Source: Tubiluchus corallicola
Taxonomy: Eukaryota > Animalia > Priapulida
Direction of reading: 5' to 3'
Assembly: GCA_030141605.1 (NCBI GenBank)
Contig: JAQGDQ010000160.1
Coordinates: forward strand, 124,001 to 188,000
DNA: 64,000 nucleotides
Shown here: positions 23,340 to 49,731 of the stretch, one piece after another
Layout: every line of letters begins with the position of its first letter
Position numbering within the stretch: the stretch's first letter is position 1
The notes under the pieces: model-generated
Databases searched by the model: none
What the model was told of the DNA's origin: nothing
The model's input: the letters and a program-made list of their open reading frames with translations, nothing else
Position numbers and translations under genes: made by a program

Positions 23340-25303
23340 ACTTTTCTATTCATTAGCTAATTAGCCGGAATAGTTGTAATGATCTTGTTTTGCTGGTTCT
23401 AGGCACAGCACGTCAATTGAGATGACCAAATTTCCCGCCAAAACTCGATGCGTGACCAAAAGAAATTTAGTTTTTTACAGAAAACTTGATAACGCCTTGC
23501 TGTAATTTGATTATAGATGGCACTATTGTTTTCCTGGTAACTTTACAATTCTGCTAATACCAGTTTATACAAAGCATACGCAGAAAAAAACACACAAATC
23601 TGTAATTTTGTGAGACACGAAAATAACGTGACCGTAACAATCACTGATCTCAGGTGGCAATTTGAGTGGCAATCTAATCTAACTAAATCATGCTAATCAG
23701 TAATCATGTTAAATGCTAACATTATGTTAATTATACGTACAGCAATAATACATTTATTCCTTCTAAACTCTAAAGTACACGCAGGCACATTACACAAAAT
23801 TTGTTAATCTTTGTTAAAGCATGAAAGCCATGTTAACTGTTAGTCTATTACTAACTGCTTAAAAGCTTCTACAGATTCTCTAAAAGATCATAATAACCAC
23901 TCTAATGTACAGAATTCAGCATAACAAAGAAATCACATGGCAAAACAATGTTGAGACAATAGTCCCGCCACATTACCACCCCAATAGACATGTGCATGTA
24001 TTTCCACCACATACAGTAGTGTAAATGTTGAAGGAATTTGGAGACGCAATATTGTGGCGATATTTTATCACCATTGTGCTAAAAATAAATACGGTCAGCC
24101 AAAATTGTTACCACATGTCACAATATAGGAGAAATATTGCTAAAATTATGTTGATAGAATGGTGTGGCAGGTCCACATTTTAATATGGTATCCAATATCT
24201 ATATTGGCTGACTCTGTTGGTCCAATATTTGCAAAAATATTGTAAAAACATTTTTACAAGTTATTGCGCTACTTGAGTTAATTTCATTCTGGGCTTTGCT
24301 AGCCAAAGTTTAGGACCTCAAAATCTAGTTTCAAATCCAAATAAAAAATTCAGATGTTCTTTCTAAATGCGGAAAGAATCTTTCAGCTATTTCTTAACTA
24401 GCTTGAATGTCACTTTCGTGCAAGTCACAGTTTTTACATTTCATAAAATTAATGAAAGACCACTCAAAAGAAATATGCTCTGATTATTCTGTGCACTGAT
24501 CGAAAGTCACAAACTTAGAACAATAAAATAATTTTGATGGAATATTGCTATGAGAAGGGCTAAAAAGTTAGAGGACTTTCTATTCTTACTGCATTTGACA
24601 ACTTTAATTTCGTCACTTCCTCTTATACTATAATCACGGACTTTAAAACTAACTTCTTGTATGACACAAAGTAGGATCTAAAAGTGTCAACCTGTCAGTG
24701 ATCCCCCGCCAGTTAAGTAGTCATGTTAACGTTATTAACGCCAAAATTTAATTGCAATCTAAGGCTTTCTTAAACAATGTAATAGACAAGTTTACAGTTT
24801 TTGATTATTCTAACAAGTTTGGTTATAACAAAAAAAATTTCATAGGGCTAATACAGTTAATTAGTCTACTGGCCTTTTTAAAATCAGCGTGTGTAGAAGG
24901 TTAGTATTTAAAATTGTAATTAATGCCTTATATCACCTACATAGACAGTATTGTATATTGCAGAATTACCAATACCATCATCATTTTCTTCCTCATTCTG
25001 TTTTGTGTAATCCCTTGTTCTAGTGATGAGGGTGGGGCGGTAGCATGCTGAAGCTGGCAGAAGGTGCGATGGCCTTGAGCATCCATATCTGCAGGGTACC
25101 CAATCAATGAAATACAAATTTAGTTTTTAAAATTCGAAATTGTCTCTGTTAACTTGGTTGTACAAGCGTCCTACACTCCCACAAGCTGGTGTGAATGTGG
25201 ATCCGTGTTTTTATAAGCAAGCCCGGACCAAAAAATCTGTTACATAAATACTGCGCATAATTCATATTAAGACAATATAAAGTAGAGCAAGTAGATTAAG
25301 ATA

Positions 25304-25475
25304 ATGCGCATTGCATGCAGATTACTGCTTACCATTGCACTTTCGATCACAAGCTGTGAAAGGTCATTTTCAAAACTAAAATTAACAAAAATACATCTCA
25401 ATGAGGTTTATTTCTGTGTCACAAGAACGACTGACCAACCTGACTTTAGTCAGCTTTGAAAAAGAATTCCTCATA
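25304..25475 (+). pseudogene. hAT transposase C-terminal dimerisation-domain remnant
   Basis: Translates MRIACRLLLTIALSITSCERSFSKLKLTKIHL, then after a frameshift SQERLTNLTLVSFEKEF, matching the ERSFSxL...MxQxRL signature of hAT transposases. Confidence 0.8.
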
Positions 25476-25568
25476 ACTGATGTAAAAATGGAATAGTACA
25501 ACTGTTTTCTGACGGCTAGGAGATCTCATTTGGGGAACAGAACTTAATAAATGTAATGTGTTGTTTAA

Positions 25569-27326
25569 TGTTATGTCAAAACACTAAACGACTCAACAAG
25601 AGTCTGCCAATAGAACCAACTCACTTTTATTGTTCCGCATCATAAAGTAGGTCTCCAACATATCACATCCCTTTTTCTCTGGCTTTTTGTAGTACAGCAG
25701 TTAAACAAAATGAAAAGCTTTGAACTACAGTCATCAATTCACCTTTAGAAACCAATTTTGTGGATACTGTAACAATACCATAGATATGGTTTGTGTAGAT
25801 CAGAGATCTTGGTGATTGCTGAGGAGTGTTCGCCATTCGAGACGGTCATGTTGCTTTGAGCTTCTTTGTTTAAGTTCCTAACTAGTTTAATAAATATTAC
25901 TTTATTATACACGCATTTGTCTGGTTGCTTAATATTATTGTAGCGTGTAACATGGTGTCAGAAGTGGGATAATTGAACTTGTAGTCTCACACTTTGAAAT
26001 GATTATGAATAATTTGTTTGTCAATTGTTTAGTGACTAGGAACGATGAGAATTAAGAACATTATACTTATTTACTTGCAGTATTATAGTTTATTTATCTG
26101 TATTATCATTTTACATTTTGCAACTTTTGCACAAGTTTAGGTACAACCAGTTAATTTTAATATGTGCCTATGTTACATTGTTAGTAGATAGATCGACAGT
26201 ATGTAGTTACTATTTTGATTTCAGTTATTGGAGTTACTGATGGATTTGAAGTTCAAGTCTAGGTTTTCACTGAGAATAAAAATGATTTCAATTGAAATTC
26301 ACTGTAGAAATTGAAAAACTTAAGTTCTTATTAATGCTGTTTGCGAAATCTAAACAAGAGGTGTTGTATTAATGTGATTCTTGATGCTCAAAGTTGTTCT
26401 AAGTTTTAGTAATATTTGTATACTACTTTACTCAGGATTATTCATTGAGTTCATTAGCACTTGATTTACTTGCCAGTAGGCACACTGTCAACTACAGTTG
26501 ATACTACTTCTAAATTCTAGATGAACACTTATTTAGCTTGACTTAGTTAACAGAATTTGTTTTCAACTTTAAAGAAGGGAAGGTGTAACAATACCATAGA
26601 TATGGTTTGTGTAGATCAGAGATCTTGGTGATTGCTGAGGAGTGTTCGCCATTCGAGACGGTCATGTTGCTCTGAGCTTCTTTGTTTAAGTTCCTAAATA
26701 GTTTAATAAATATTACTTTATTATACACGCATTTGTCTGGTTGCTTAATATTATTGTAGCGTGTAACAGATACTGCCTATTAACCACATTTTATAATTAT
26801 AGGTTACCTAGTACAAAAAAAGTTCACAACTTGATTACCAAAATCCATTTAGTTTTACATCCTACTGCTATTAAATTTGCTGGCTTTAATTTTTTACAAA
26901 CTATGGTGACAATTGCTATCTTAGTAACTCAACATAGTACTTCTGTTTAACAAAACTCAATACTCATACAGTATGTTATGTAACTGCAACAGCAGATAAG
27001 TAGCTGTTATAAAACATTAACTTTAAAAATACACATTTTACTTCAAACAACTACATACTGTGTTTATCTTTTTCTGTTCTCCTGGGCTTGACTACAAGTC
27101 TTCAACTTCTAGTGAACACCTGTTTTGGTTGCACCTTTCCAATGCCTGTCTCATTTGTCAACTTATCATTTTTATTATCATATCTCACCCATTCACCATC
27201 AATTTCAGTCACTACAGGTGTTTCAGTCAACATCTTTTTACTGTCTTGCGGCACTTTCAATATATCTCTTCTGTTGCGTCTCCTCCAGATATACCGCATC
27301 ATAAAGTAGGTCTTCAATATATCACT
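25569..27326 (-). mobile_element. Old, internally deleted Gypsy-type LTR retrotransposon remnant (host of the TRIM)
   Basis: Minus strand: 5' LTR fragment (27325-27294) matches the start of the 3' LTR (25667-25569; TGTGATA...CATAACA) at 30/32 nt. Polypurine tract AGAGAAAAAGGGA lies directly before the 3' LTR. Pol C-terminus remnant RRRNRRDILKVP...TRS*RLVVKPRR at ~27290-27065. Confidence 0.7.
25768..26768 (+). mobile_element. TRIM (terminal-repeat retrotransposon in miniature), 1,001 bp
   Basis: 185-bp LTRs at 25768-25952 and 26584-26768 (TG...CA, 2 mismatches); PBS TGGTGTCAGAAGTGGGAT at 25953-25970; PPT AAAGAAGGGAAGG before the 3' LTR; perfect 5-bp TSD GATAC; non-coding 631-bp interior. Confidence 0.95.
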
Positions 27327-27761
27327 ATAAATAGGGTTGATTTATACTAATTTAATGAAGTGTTTGTTTCATGTTTTTACATATTTAAAATATCTTCCTT
27401 TCTCACATTTCTCAGTACTATTGATGCTTACTGATACTTGCGGATACTTACTTACTAGTCCCTATCAAATGGTATTTCATCATTTTTAAATCCGAATGAA
27501 AGCCAAATTAAGTTCTAAAGATTTTCGAATAAATTTTCGAGTCACTAGTATAAAGCAGTCTCACAGAAATCATGCATACCGATTTTGTTCTGCAGTAAAA
27601 ACACTGATAATTTCTCTAAAAATTGTACACAGGAACTGCTGATTGCATGTTTCAAACGTTTTAATCAAACGTAGGCTACAGAACCAATATGGTTGAAGTC
27701 CTGAATTATTTGAATTTGTAATTTCATGTTCAAATCGAATTTGAATTTTCGTTGCTCATCT

Positions 27762-27762
<1 letters not shown>

Positions 27763-27828
<66 letters not shown>

Positions 27829-27970
27829 CAATAATAATTACAATAATATTAATAATAATAATAATAATAATAACAACAACAACAACAACAACGGTGACAA
27901 CGATGACAACTACAACAACAATGATAAAAACTACGGTGGTGAATGGTGGTAATGACTGATGATAATGATG
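27763..27970. repeat. Compound microsatellite (AAT)n/(AAC)n/(GAC,GAT)n upstream of PGK
   Basis: Visible directly; source of the spurious poly-I/T and poly-N ORFs. Confidence 0.95.
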
Positions 27971-28004
27971 GGATAAGGTGATTTAATGCCTACAATGTAT
28001 CTGG

Positions 28005-28194
28005 TTTTTACAGAAATTTCTGTAGTGAAACGTAAAAGAAAACAAACTTGAAGCGAAATAATAATTCTCGTTCGCGAACGCTAAACAAGCGCAACTGCAC
28101 AGTAGACCCCGAAAAGGACGCTGGACGGTCAGAAGATTTTTGGGAAGAAGCCGGTTCATTTTGTAGCGGTTACAGCTTGTGCTAGGACTGTAGT
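28005..28194 (+). promoter_or_regulatory. Putative PGK proximal promoter / 5' UTR
   Basis: Locally CpG-rich sequence just upstream of the ATG; perfect palindromes TACAGAAATTTCTGTA (28009-28024) and CGTTCGCGAACG (28069-28080); TSS not determinable. Confidence 0.45.
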
Positions 28195-42170
<13,976 letters not shown>

Positions 42171-43367
42171 ACTGCAAAGTTATGATAAAGGCATATTGCA
42201 TTTCTTCTTGGTTGAATTTAGTGTGTTGTTATTGATTCCGCAGATTATGTTCGTTTAGGTAGTCATACCAGCACAAACTGTATCATATCTTTCAAACGAT
42301 TCACATCTGGCTGCCAGTTAACTACAATTTGTTTCATAATTTATCCAGGTTTTATGTAGCTTAGCCTATTCTCACTTATTAGAAAGGCTGCTTGCCCACA
42401 CTATCAAGTATTGAGTAATAAAATAAGTACTTGTAACTTTTACTAAGTAGTTATGTGTACTACAGAAATTTTCTGATACTAGAACAGCAAGTCTTTGTGC
42501 CACGATTTGCATATTGGTTTTAAGTAACCAAACTAATTAGTCACGTGTTCTCAAAGGAGGTATATTTAACATGCATTATGGGTAACAGTCTTTGCTCAAA
42601 CTCTATAAATTCTGAAAATTTTCTACGACAAGCTGTATGACAAGAGCTCTCTTGCGTCTGGTTTTAAACCTAATAAATCATGTCTCTTTTGTGTCTCAAT
42701 GGAGTACGTTTAGCACAGTTTATGAGTAACATTTTTGCACAAATACTATAAATACGTGATGCATTTGTTTGAAGTCAAAAAATTCAAGAGCTGTTATGTG
42801 TTAGATTAATTTTCATGGTTCACATTATGAAGAGGATTGTTATTGTATGATTTTGTTGCCAGTGTTTTCAAGGTCTTGTAGAGTAGCTTGTTAAAAAATC
42901 TTTATTTACATAAATACATCTCTATGGTCTCGTAGTACACTGTTTTTCAGTTTTTCATTGTGTTTACTAAGTAAATTTATAAATTAAATTGTTAGAATTA
43001 ATTGATGTTGCTGTTGGATGGATACAATGCACTAAATCTGATGCTATGGACTAAAAGATCACAGTGCATACAATGGTGATTCTACCTGCTATATTTTTCA
43101 AAGATTGGAATCATTAAATGTAATCACTACAATATGTCGGCTATGGCATCCCTAATACTATGTAATGATCAGATGAGTTTGCCTTCTGTTTTTTAAGCTA
43201 TTTACTCAAAGCAGAAGCAGGGCTTATTTAAATTTTTATAACAACATTGTAAGAAAAACAAATAAAAATGTGACAGATTCAATAATTATTTAATATTCAG
43301 AGTTCAAAACTACTAGGTGTGGCTTACTATGCAAAAACTCCCAAGAAAGAAAAGGACAGGCTAATAT

Positions 43368-44384
43368 ATAGATCGCAAGCGGCGTTTAGCCCCGCCCACC
43401 TTGATCACGTAACACACGTTATCACAAACTCACTCACTGCATCTCACTAAAGTATATAAACAAGCGTGAAAAACATTGAGAGTGGGTGAATTTTAAGTGA
43501 TTTATCTGCAATTCTGGAAAATGTATCGTGATACAAACCAAACTATAACAACTTGTCTAGTAAATCCTTACAAAGAGGACTTAATTATTATACGCAAGGA
43601 TATGTGCACTAAATCAAGTATTGCGAAGTTTCAAACATAGTTACAATAGAATCGCTAGTTATAATAAAAGTTACAAGAAAGTACTAAGATAACAAATATG
43701 AAACGGTGTATTAACTTTGCTTTACATGTGTTGTGAAGCAAAAGTTTTATAACGCTTTTACTTACACCAAAAACAAATCATTTTAGTGCCGTGTACCTAA
43801 TTCTAACATAAACACAAAACTGAATAAATTAAATAAAACTCAAATAACATAAACACAAAAACTGAATAAATTAAATAAAACTCAAGTAACATAAACACAA
43901 AAAGTGAATAAATTAAATAAAAAATCAAGTTAGCGTTAGCCCAGCTGAACTATGTAACTACACTACTGTACGTTCAGACAGTCTTAACCAACGAAATCCT
44001 ATTTTTTTTGCTGTACAGTATCTGAGATATCTTGTTGCAGTGCGTTAAGTCCTGATTTAGCAGGATACATTCTACATGTAGCCAGCAGTAATAAGTTATG
44101 GTACAATGTAATAATAAAACATTAGAAAACTTCTCTGAGCAGAGAGCACCATTTTTATTAATTTTTGATGGTTTGAGCTGTTCAAGTGGCCTCCGCATGC
44201 TCCGACCCAACGGTGACACTTGACTAAGTCGCTTTTGCGGTTGGGGAAACTTATAAGTGAAACTCCTGATCTTTCTGGATAACGAGCATACACATTACAT
44301 GTGCCCTCAACAATCGAGTAAGCGCTAAAAAAACGCCTCATTGCGAGGGGGGACCCGCTGGTCGATCGACGTTCTGCGATCTAT
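43368..44384 (-). mobile_element. Internally deleted THAP-domain DNA transposon derivative
   Basis: Perfect 10-bp TIR ATAGATCGCA / TGCGATCTAT. Minus-strand THAP remnant GTCNVYARYPERSGVSLISFPNRKSDLVKCHRWVGAC (frameshift) RPLEQLKPSKINKNGALCSEKF begins just inside the right end. Confidence 0.7.
43805..43930. repeat. Minisatellite, 3 x ~42 bp
   Basis: taacataaa(a)cacaaaa(a)ctgaataaattaaataaaactcaa repeated three times inside the THAP element. Confidence 0.9.
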
Positions 44385-45819
44385 GTGTTGAACGCACACG
44401 ACTTACCTGATTATTTATGACGACGATGTGCACAGCATGGTAATCTTTCCACCATGACAATGCAGACGGTGACAGCCGCTAGACCAACATGCAGCCTCCA
44501 ACAATACTCTACAACAGTAACATACAGACAGAAGATTGGAACAAGATACCATGACTCTTGCGTGGCTTAACCTGCTCTCTAAGTCACGCAGCAACAAGAA
44601 AACAGAGAACAAGCTGTGCAATACGAGAACTGTCTTTTTCGTCACCATCAACACTTAACTCAGCTCTCTACTGTAAAGAAGTTACTCCATGGATCGACAC
44701 CTGCAAGTATGGTCAGAAGAACAACACCGCATAAATTTTCAGAGGCATATAGTTAACAAGTAAAATATATTGCCTTTACTACATGTATCATTATCGATCA
44801 TCGTCATCATTATTCAAGTCCGTGGTGATATGAAAAATAAGCCTGATAGTTTAGTGATATAATTGGATTACAAAGATCTAACATGTAAAGCTAGCTGTAT
44901 AATTGTGAATTATCCATGATTTTGGTACGAGCTTTTGCAAATTCATGAGAATTTGTACGTAGTTGATACGTATACATACATGAGTAGAAAAACTAATGAC
45001 ATAATCCACCAACAAACTGAAAATTTTGTGTTTCTGTGAACTGGTCACAGAAACACTATATTGCATATATATTGCACAAATATTGCAGTCACCAGCAAGC
45101 AGGATATCCCCTTATTCGCACTGAATTTTCCAGCGCACAGCTGCAGTTTCCTCGCAACATTATTGTCTCATGAAAACTTGTATTAAATTTTTGATATTAA
45201 TTATGGTGATGTAAGAAAGGTGATTTAGCTGGGCATTTTCCAATATGAGCTGTGAGCTATATTTGTGTGATGTTGCTTAAGTTGATTAGGCTATTGCAAC
45301 AGTCTGCGCATAAGGTACGGATATTTCTTATGTTATGTAAAGAGAAAATTAATCAAAATCTCATTTGTCCTTGTTACAGCTTTTGACAGCTGTACACACA
45401 TCATGCATCTAAATAGATGATAACAGTATACTAGTGTTAATATACTTATTTATGATATTGCAGCTGTTGTTTGTTATTGCGTTATAACGGGTTATCAAAT
45501 TCTTAAGAGATAAATGTGGATGGCTCGTGTACAATTCTTTGTGTACTTGTTTTTTTGTTCACCTGTTTCTACTTTCTTTAAATCTCTGTTTCTCTCTCAC
45601 TCCTTAACCTGTTCTAGCTACCATAATTTTATTTAGTTAAAAATTTGATTCAAAACCCTTTCTTAGCGATAAAATCTGAAAGTAGGTTGTTAAACCGCCA
45701 ATTAATATTTGGTCAAATAATTTCGTTGAATCTTTTTAAACAGATAATTGCCTTCCTAAGTTCTTGTTAGTTAGTTATCATAATTATTCCTTGTTATGCA
45801 GTGTTATGTTATGTTGACA

Positions 45820-47900
45820 ACTATGAAAGAAACAATGAATAAAGGCAAAATGCAAAATCAAATTAAATTAAATATCAACAATAAAATCGAAACAAATAAC
45901 AAATTAATTGCTGATGAATTCAATGAATATTTTGCCAATGTTGGACGATCACTTGCTGAGAATATTAACATGTCAAATCATCATTTTAGAGAACATTTAA
46001 AAGGTAACTACCCCAATTTCATTCTTTTTTAATCCAGTTACTCCTAAAGGCGTTCTTAATATATGCAATTCGCTAAATGTCAATAGCTAAATGTCCCGGG
46101 ATTGACAACTACATACCTAGAAGAATTGCAGATATATTTCCTCAAATATCAATACCTATAACTCATATTTTAAATAAATCTCTTAGTAGTGGCATTGTTC
46201 CCATCAAGGTGAAACAAGCTCTTATAGTACCATTCCATAAGAATGGCGACAACACGAACTGAAATAACTACAGACCAATATCCCCGCTACCCTTTTTTTC
46301 TAATATACCCGAGAAACGTGTGCACAATCAATTATATAGATATTTAACCAAAAATAACAGTCAATTTGGATTCAGATCAGGCCTATCCACTGAGCTAGCT
46401 TTAATTAAAGTCTGTGAACAGATTGTTAATACTATCGAAAACAATTCAATCTGTGTTGGCATTTTCTGTGACTTGTCTAAAGCCTTCGACACCATTGACC
46501 ATGACATACTAATTGAAAAACTTTCTCACTGTGGTATACGAGGAATTCCGAATGAATGGTTTAATAATTATCTTTCTGTAAGAAGCCAAATAGTTAGATA
46601 CAACAATTGTCTAACTAGCCCTCAATCCTTGAAGTGTGGTGTACCACAAGGCTCCATTCTTGGCCCTCTATTATTTTTAATATATATCAATGACCTGTCA
46701 AATGTCTTAACCAATAATAACCTATTTCAATTTGCAGATGACACCACATTATTTTTTGATTTACAATCTTATTCTGTGCCTGAAATAAATAATAAACTTC
46801 CATTTTTAGCTGATTGGTTTAAAGCAAACAAATTGTCATTGAATCCAACTAAAACAAAATGCATTGTATTTCACACTATAAATAAAAGGCTCCCGAATGA
46901 CACTAACTTATTCGTTGAAGGACAGGCAATCGAAAGAGTTCCAAATATAAAATTCTTAGGCATTGTAATTAATGAAAATCTTGACTGGAAGCCATATATC
47001 AATTCTATCAGTTTAAAAATTGCTAAGAATCTGGAAATAATTAATTTTATTAAAAATAAATTACACAAATCTCATCTTACAACACTTTATAATTCATTGG
47101 TATTACCATACCTAACTTATTGCTGCATTATATGGGGTACATCTTATCCATCCAACTTAATAAGTTTATCTAGGCATCAAAGAAAGTTTATAAGAATATT
47201 AAACAATTTATCTAAACGTATCACTGTTGATATGTGCTTATTTAATGAATATGATATAATAATTCTCGAAGACTTGGTTATATATCACTTGCCTATTTAT
47301 ATGTACAAGACATACTACAACTTGTTTCCCACTTCCTTTGCAAATCCAATTACAGCAAATCCTAAACATTCAATGAATATCATGTCCCTTATTGTCGTAC
47401 TAATAGTGCCAGGCACTTTATTAAATTCACAGCCCCAACAACTGGAATAAAATAAGTGCCCAAGTAAAAATACACAAAACTATTTATAGTTTCAAAAAGT
47501 ACTTGGAAAGGACCATTTTTGATTCATACTTATAATACAATTTTAATGCTTCCATGTCTCATGCAGTCGCAATATATGGCCTCCAATCAATTACAATGCT
47601 ATTTTAATATAGCTCTATGTAAATTAAACATACACTGTGGTCGTTTCTTCTCCTCTTTTTCTTCTTCCTATCCCTAATCTTACTATTTTTTTTTACATTC
47701 CATTATTTCTTCTGACCCTAACCATCCTTTCATTCACTCACTTCTGCCACCTTAACAAGCCAAGCTTTCAAGGTGTCATACAGCAACTTTTTTATTTGGT
47801 TAATTTGACTTCAACGTTTTTTACCTACACTGTTTCTTTTTTTCAGTAATCTTGTATGTTGATGTATTGCTGGAGTGAAATAAATTGATTGATTGATTGA
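45820..47900 (+). mobile_element. 5'-truncated CR1/L2-group LINE (RT pseudogene)
   Basis: Broken ORFs 45796-46032, 46077-46262, 46320-47450 with QFGFR, DLSKAFDT, GVPQGSILGPLLF, FADDT, KFLG; ends AATAAA-(TTGA)n at ~47880-47900. Confidence 0.92.
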
Positions 47901-48039
47901 TGTCTGGTGTCATTAATGAAGAACTAGCAAATAAAATTCAAAATCAGAAAGAAAATTCTTTGTTCGTTCAAGGGCATTTAAAGCAATTCATAAAACACGA
48001 TCGTCTTTAAAAAATCCTTTGATGAAATCGTTGGACGCC

Positions 48040-48188
48040 GGATAGAGTGTAGAGACCGCTGGGGTTATTAATTGTGACACACGTTGGGCGTTTAAAGCCA
48101 GCCTGTTATTAGTGGCGTGATGCCAGTAGCGAAGATTTCTTCGCGTGTATAGCAACATCAAACAAGATGTAAACAATTATTATTGTAG
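48040..48188 (+). promoter_or_regulatory. Candidate promoter / non-coding first exon of the NIPA-like gene
   Basis: Local CpG enrichment in an otherwise CpG-poor region, near-palindrome GCGAAGATTTCTTCGC, and a donor-like AG|GTAAAC at 48189; inference only. Confidence 0.35.
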
Positions 48189-48439
48189 GTAAACGTAATC
48201 ATTTCTGATTATTTTCATTATGCTTATAGCTTATGCTCACAATTACCTTGCATTGTATGTGGCAGTTATGCCTATAAGACAAAGTATAAATGTTTGTTCG
48301 CGCTTGTTTATATGACCTAGCTAATAAGCTGTTATTCAATTACAGTAAAATTAGTACTTAGTTGTAGTAAGTTGAACTACATTTTGCAATAAATTGTCAC
48401 TACAGAAATAGGCTTCTATTTACGCAAGTTATAAAGTTG

Positions 48440-49731
48440 AAATTGATTGTAAGATATTGATAAATAAAAGTAAATAAAAGTGACCAAGGATCACCAAGTC
48501 AACCACCCCTAGCCAAATTGAAGAAAATTAAGTAGCCTGTCAAGTAAGGCATGTACAAATTGAAAATAATCAACAACTTAACAAAAAAATGAGGCAACAA
48601 GTTCAAATGAGTTTAAATTTAGAAACGGTAAATAAATTTGGCAATGAGAAGAGGCAAAATTTAAATTAGCAAACAAAACAGAAAATTTAAATTAAAATCA
48701 AGAGACTAAGTCCAACTCAACAAAAACAAAACTAAAAATTATATATAAATCAAGAAACTCAATCCAACATAAGAAGGAAAAAAATGAAGCAATGTCAAGC
48801 CATGAGTAAATCATCAACAGGTCAAGCACCTCTATCCAAATTCAAAGCAAATTATATGACCTGACAAGTACAGACAAGGAAAATTATAATAATCAACATT
48901 TTAAAAAGAAAAAGAAAAAATAAAGATGAATAACTAGGGATATATTAGGATAATGCATTCAGATGAGTTTATAATAAGTGGCAACATAAATCAATGAATA
49001 TGGCAAATGGTATGAAACAATATTTAAATTGACTATGTGAATATTCAGTGAAATAGATGTCAAACCGAAAGATAACTAAGAGATAAATTCGAAACTAAGA
49101 ATACAAATTTTTTTTCTAAATCACATTAACCAAATTGAATAGTTGCCGATTAAATAGAGGCGAAATTTTTTAACTGCAGTGTGCAATGTTTGGCAAGCAA
49201 AGATTTCAGGAGGGAGACTATTAAAAAGTTTGACACCATTATGGTGTAGAGAGTTCAAGCCATATTGAGTCCTGAATCTATTTTGAATGTAGAAGCCTTT
49301 TTTGAGGATCTCATGGAGTATGAATGGACTTCGTTTAATTTTAAAAAGTAGATGTTATATATACCTGGCAAAGTGCCTGTTTTGTACCTGTACATAAATT
49401 TAAAGAGTTCCAAACTATATATACAAACTTTTAGGATATTTAACTGGTTATATGAAGGTGTAGCATGTGCTATGTAATGAGAGAATGTAATTAATTTAAC
49501 AATTTTGTTTTGTAAGGTGGTAAGTGGTTGTAGTATAATTTGCTTAGTTTTTCCCCAACACAGCACACAGTACTGTAAGTCGGGATACACTAAAGCGTAA
49601 TATATCATTTTGAGGATTGGCATGTTAATAAAGTAACATAGTTTTGCAAATATACCTGGAGTCTTACTTAGTTTTGTTGTTATAGTATTAATATGAATTT
49701 TCCATTTCATATTACTATTAATTTGGAGCAA
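48440..49731 (-). mobile_element. Short 3' fragment of a CR1/L2-group LINE
   Basis: ORF 49255-49731 (MKWKIHI...YYALVYPDLQYCVLCWG...HSYSMR) is homologous to the ORF2 C-terminus of the other LINEs here; T-rich 3' UTR; boundary approximate. Confidence 0.7.

Larger units (their letters stand above)
18006..23650 (-). mobile_element. Near full-length CR1/L2-group (Crack/Daphne-like) non-LTR retrotransposon
   Basis: ORF1 and ORF2 (PHD-APE-RT) in tandem; 3' UTR with (TGTTGTA)-like repeats and AATAAA followed by an (AAATCT)n tail at ~18006-18050; 5' boundary approximate. Confidence 0.92.

Noticed and set aside
23431-23442. E2F-like site TTTCCCGCCAAA as a host regulatory element
   Set aside because: Lies within the LINE 5' UTR; a single motif with no supporting evidence.
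24920-25117. Exon-like minus-strand segment between ATP7 and PGK
   Set aside because: Has plausible splice sites but no recognisable peptide; could be an ATP7 UTR exon or TE debris, undecidable from sequence alone.
27060-27324. Possible selenoprotein exon (in-frame TGA at 27102-27104 within an exon-like purine-rich stretch)
   Set aside because: TRS*RLVVKP is a one-base decay of the TRSGRxVxP motif that follows RRNRR at the end of Gypsy pol proteins; no SECIS evidence.
27726-27959. Poly-Ile/Thr and poly-Asn ORFs
   Set aside because: Translation of a microsatellite.
44400-44740. Possible Penelope-like 3' fragment or exon
   Set aside because: Composition looks coding-derived but no frame gives a recognisable motif; cannot be supported without a search.
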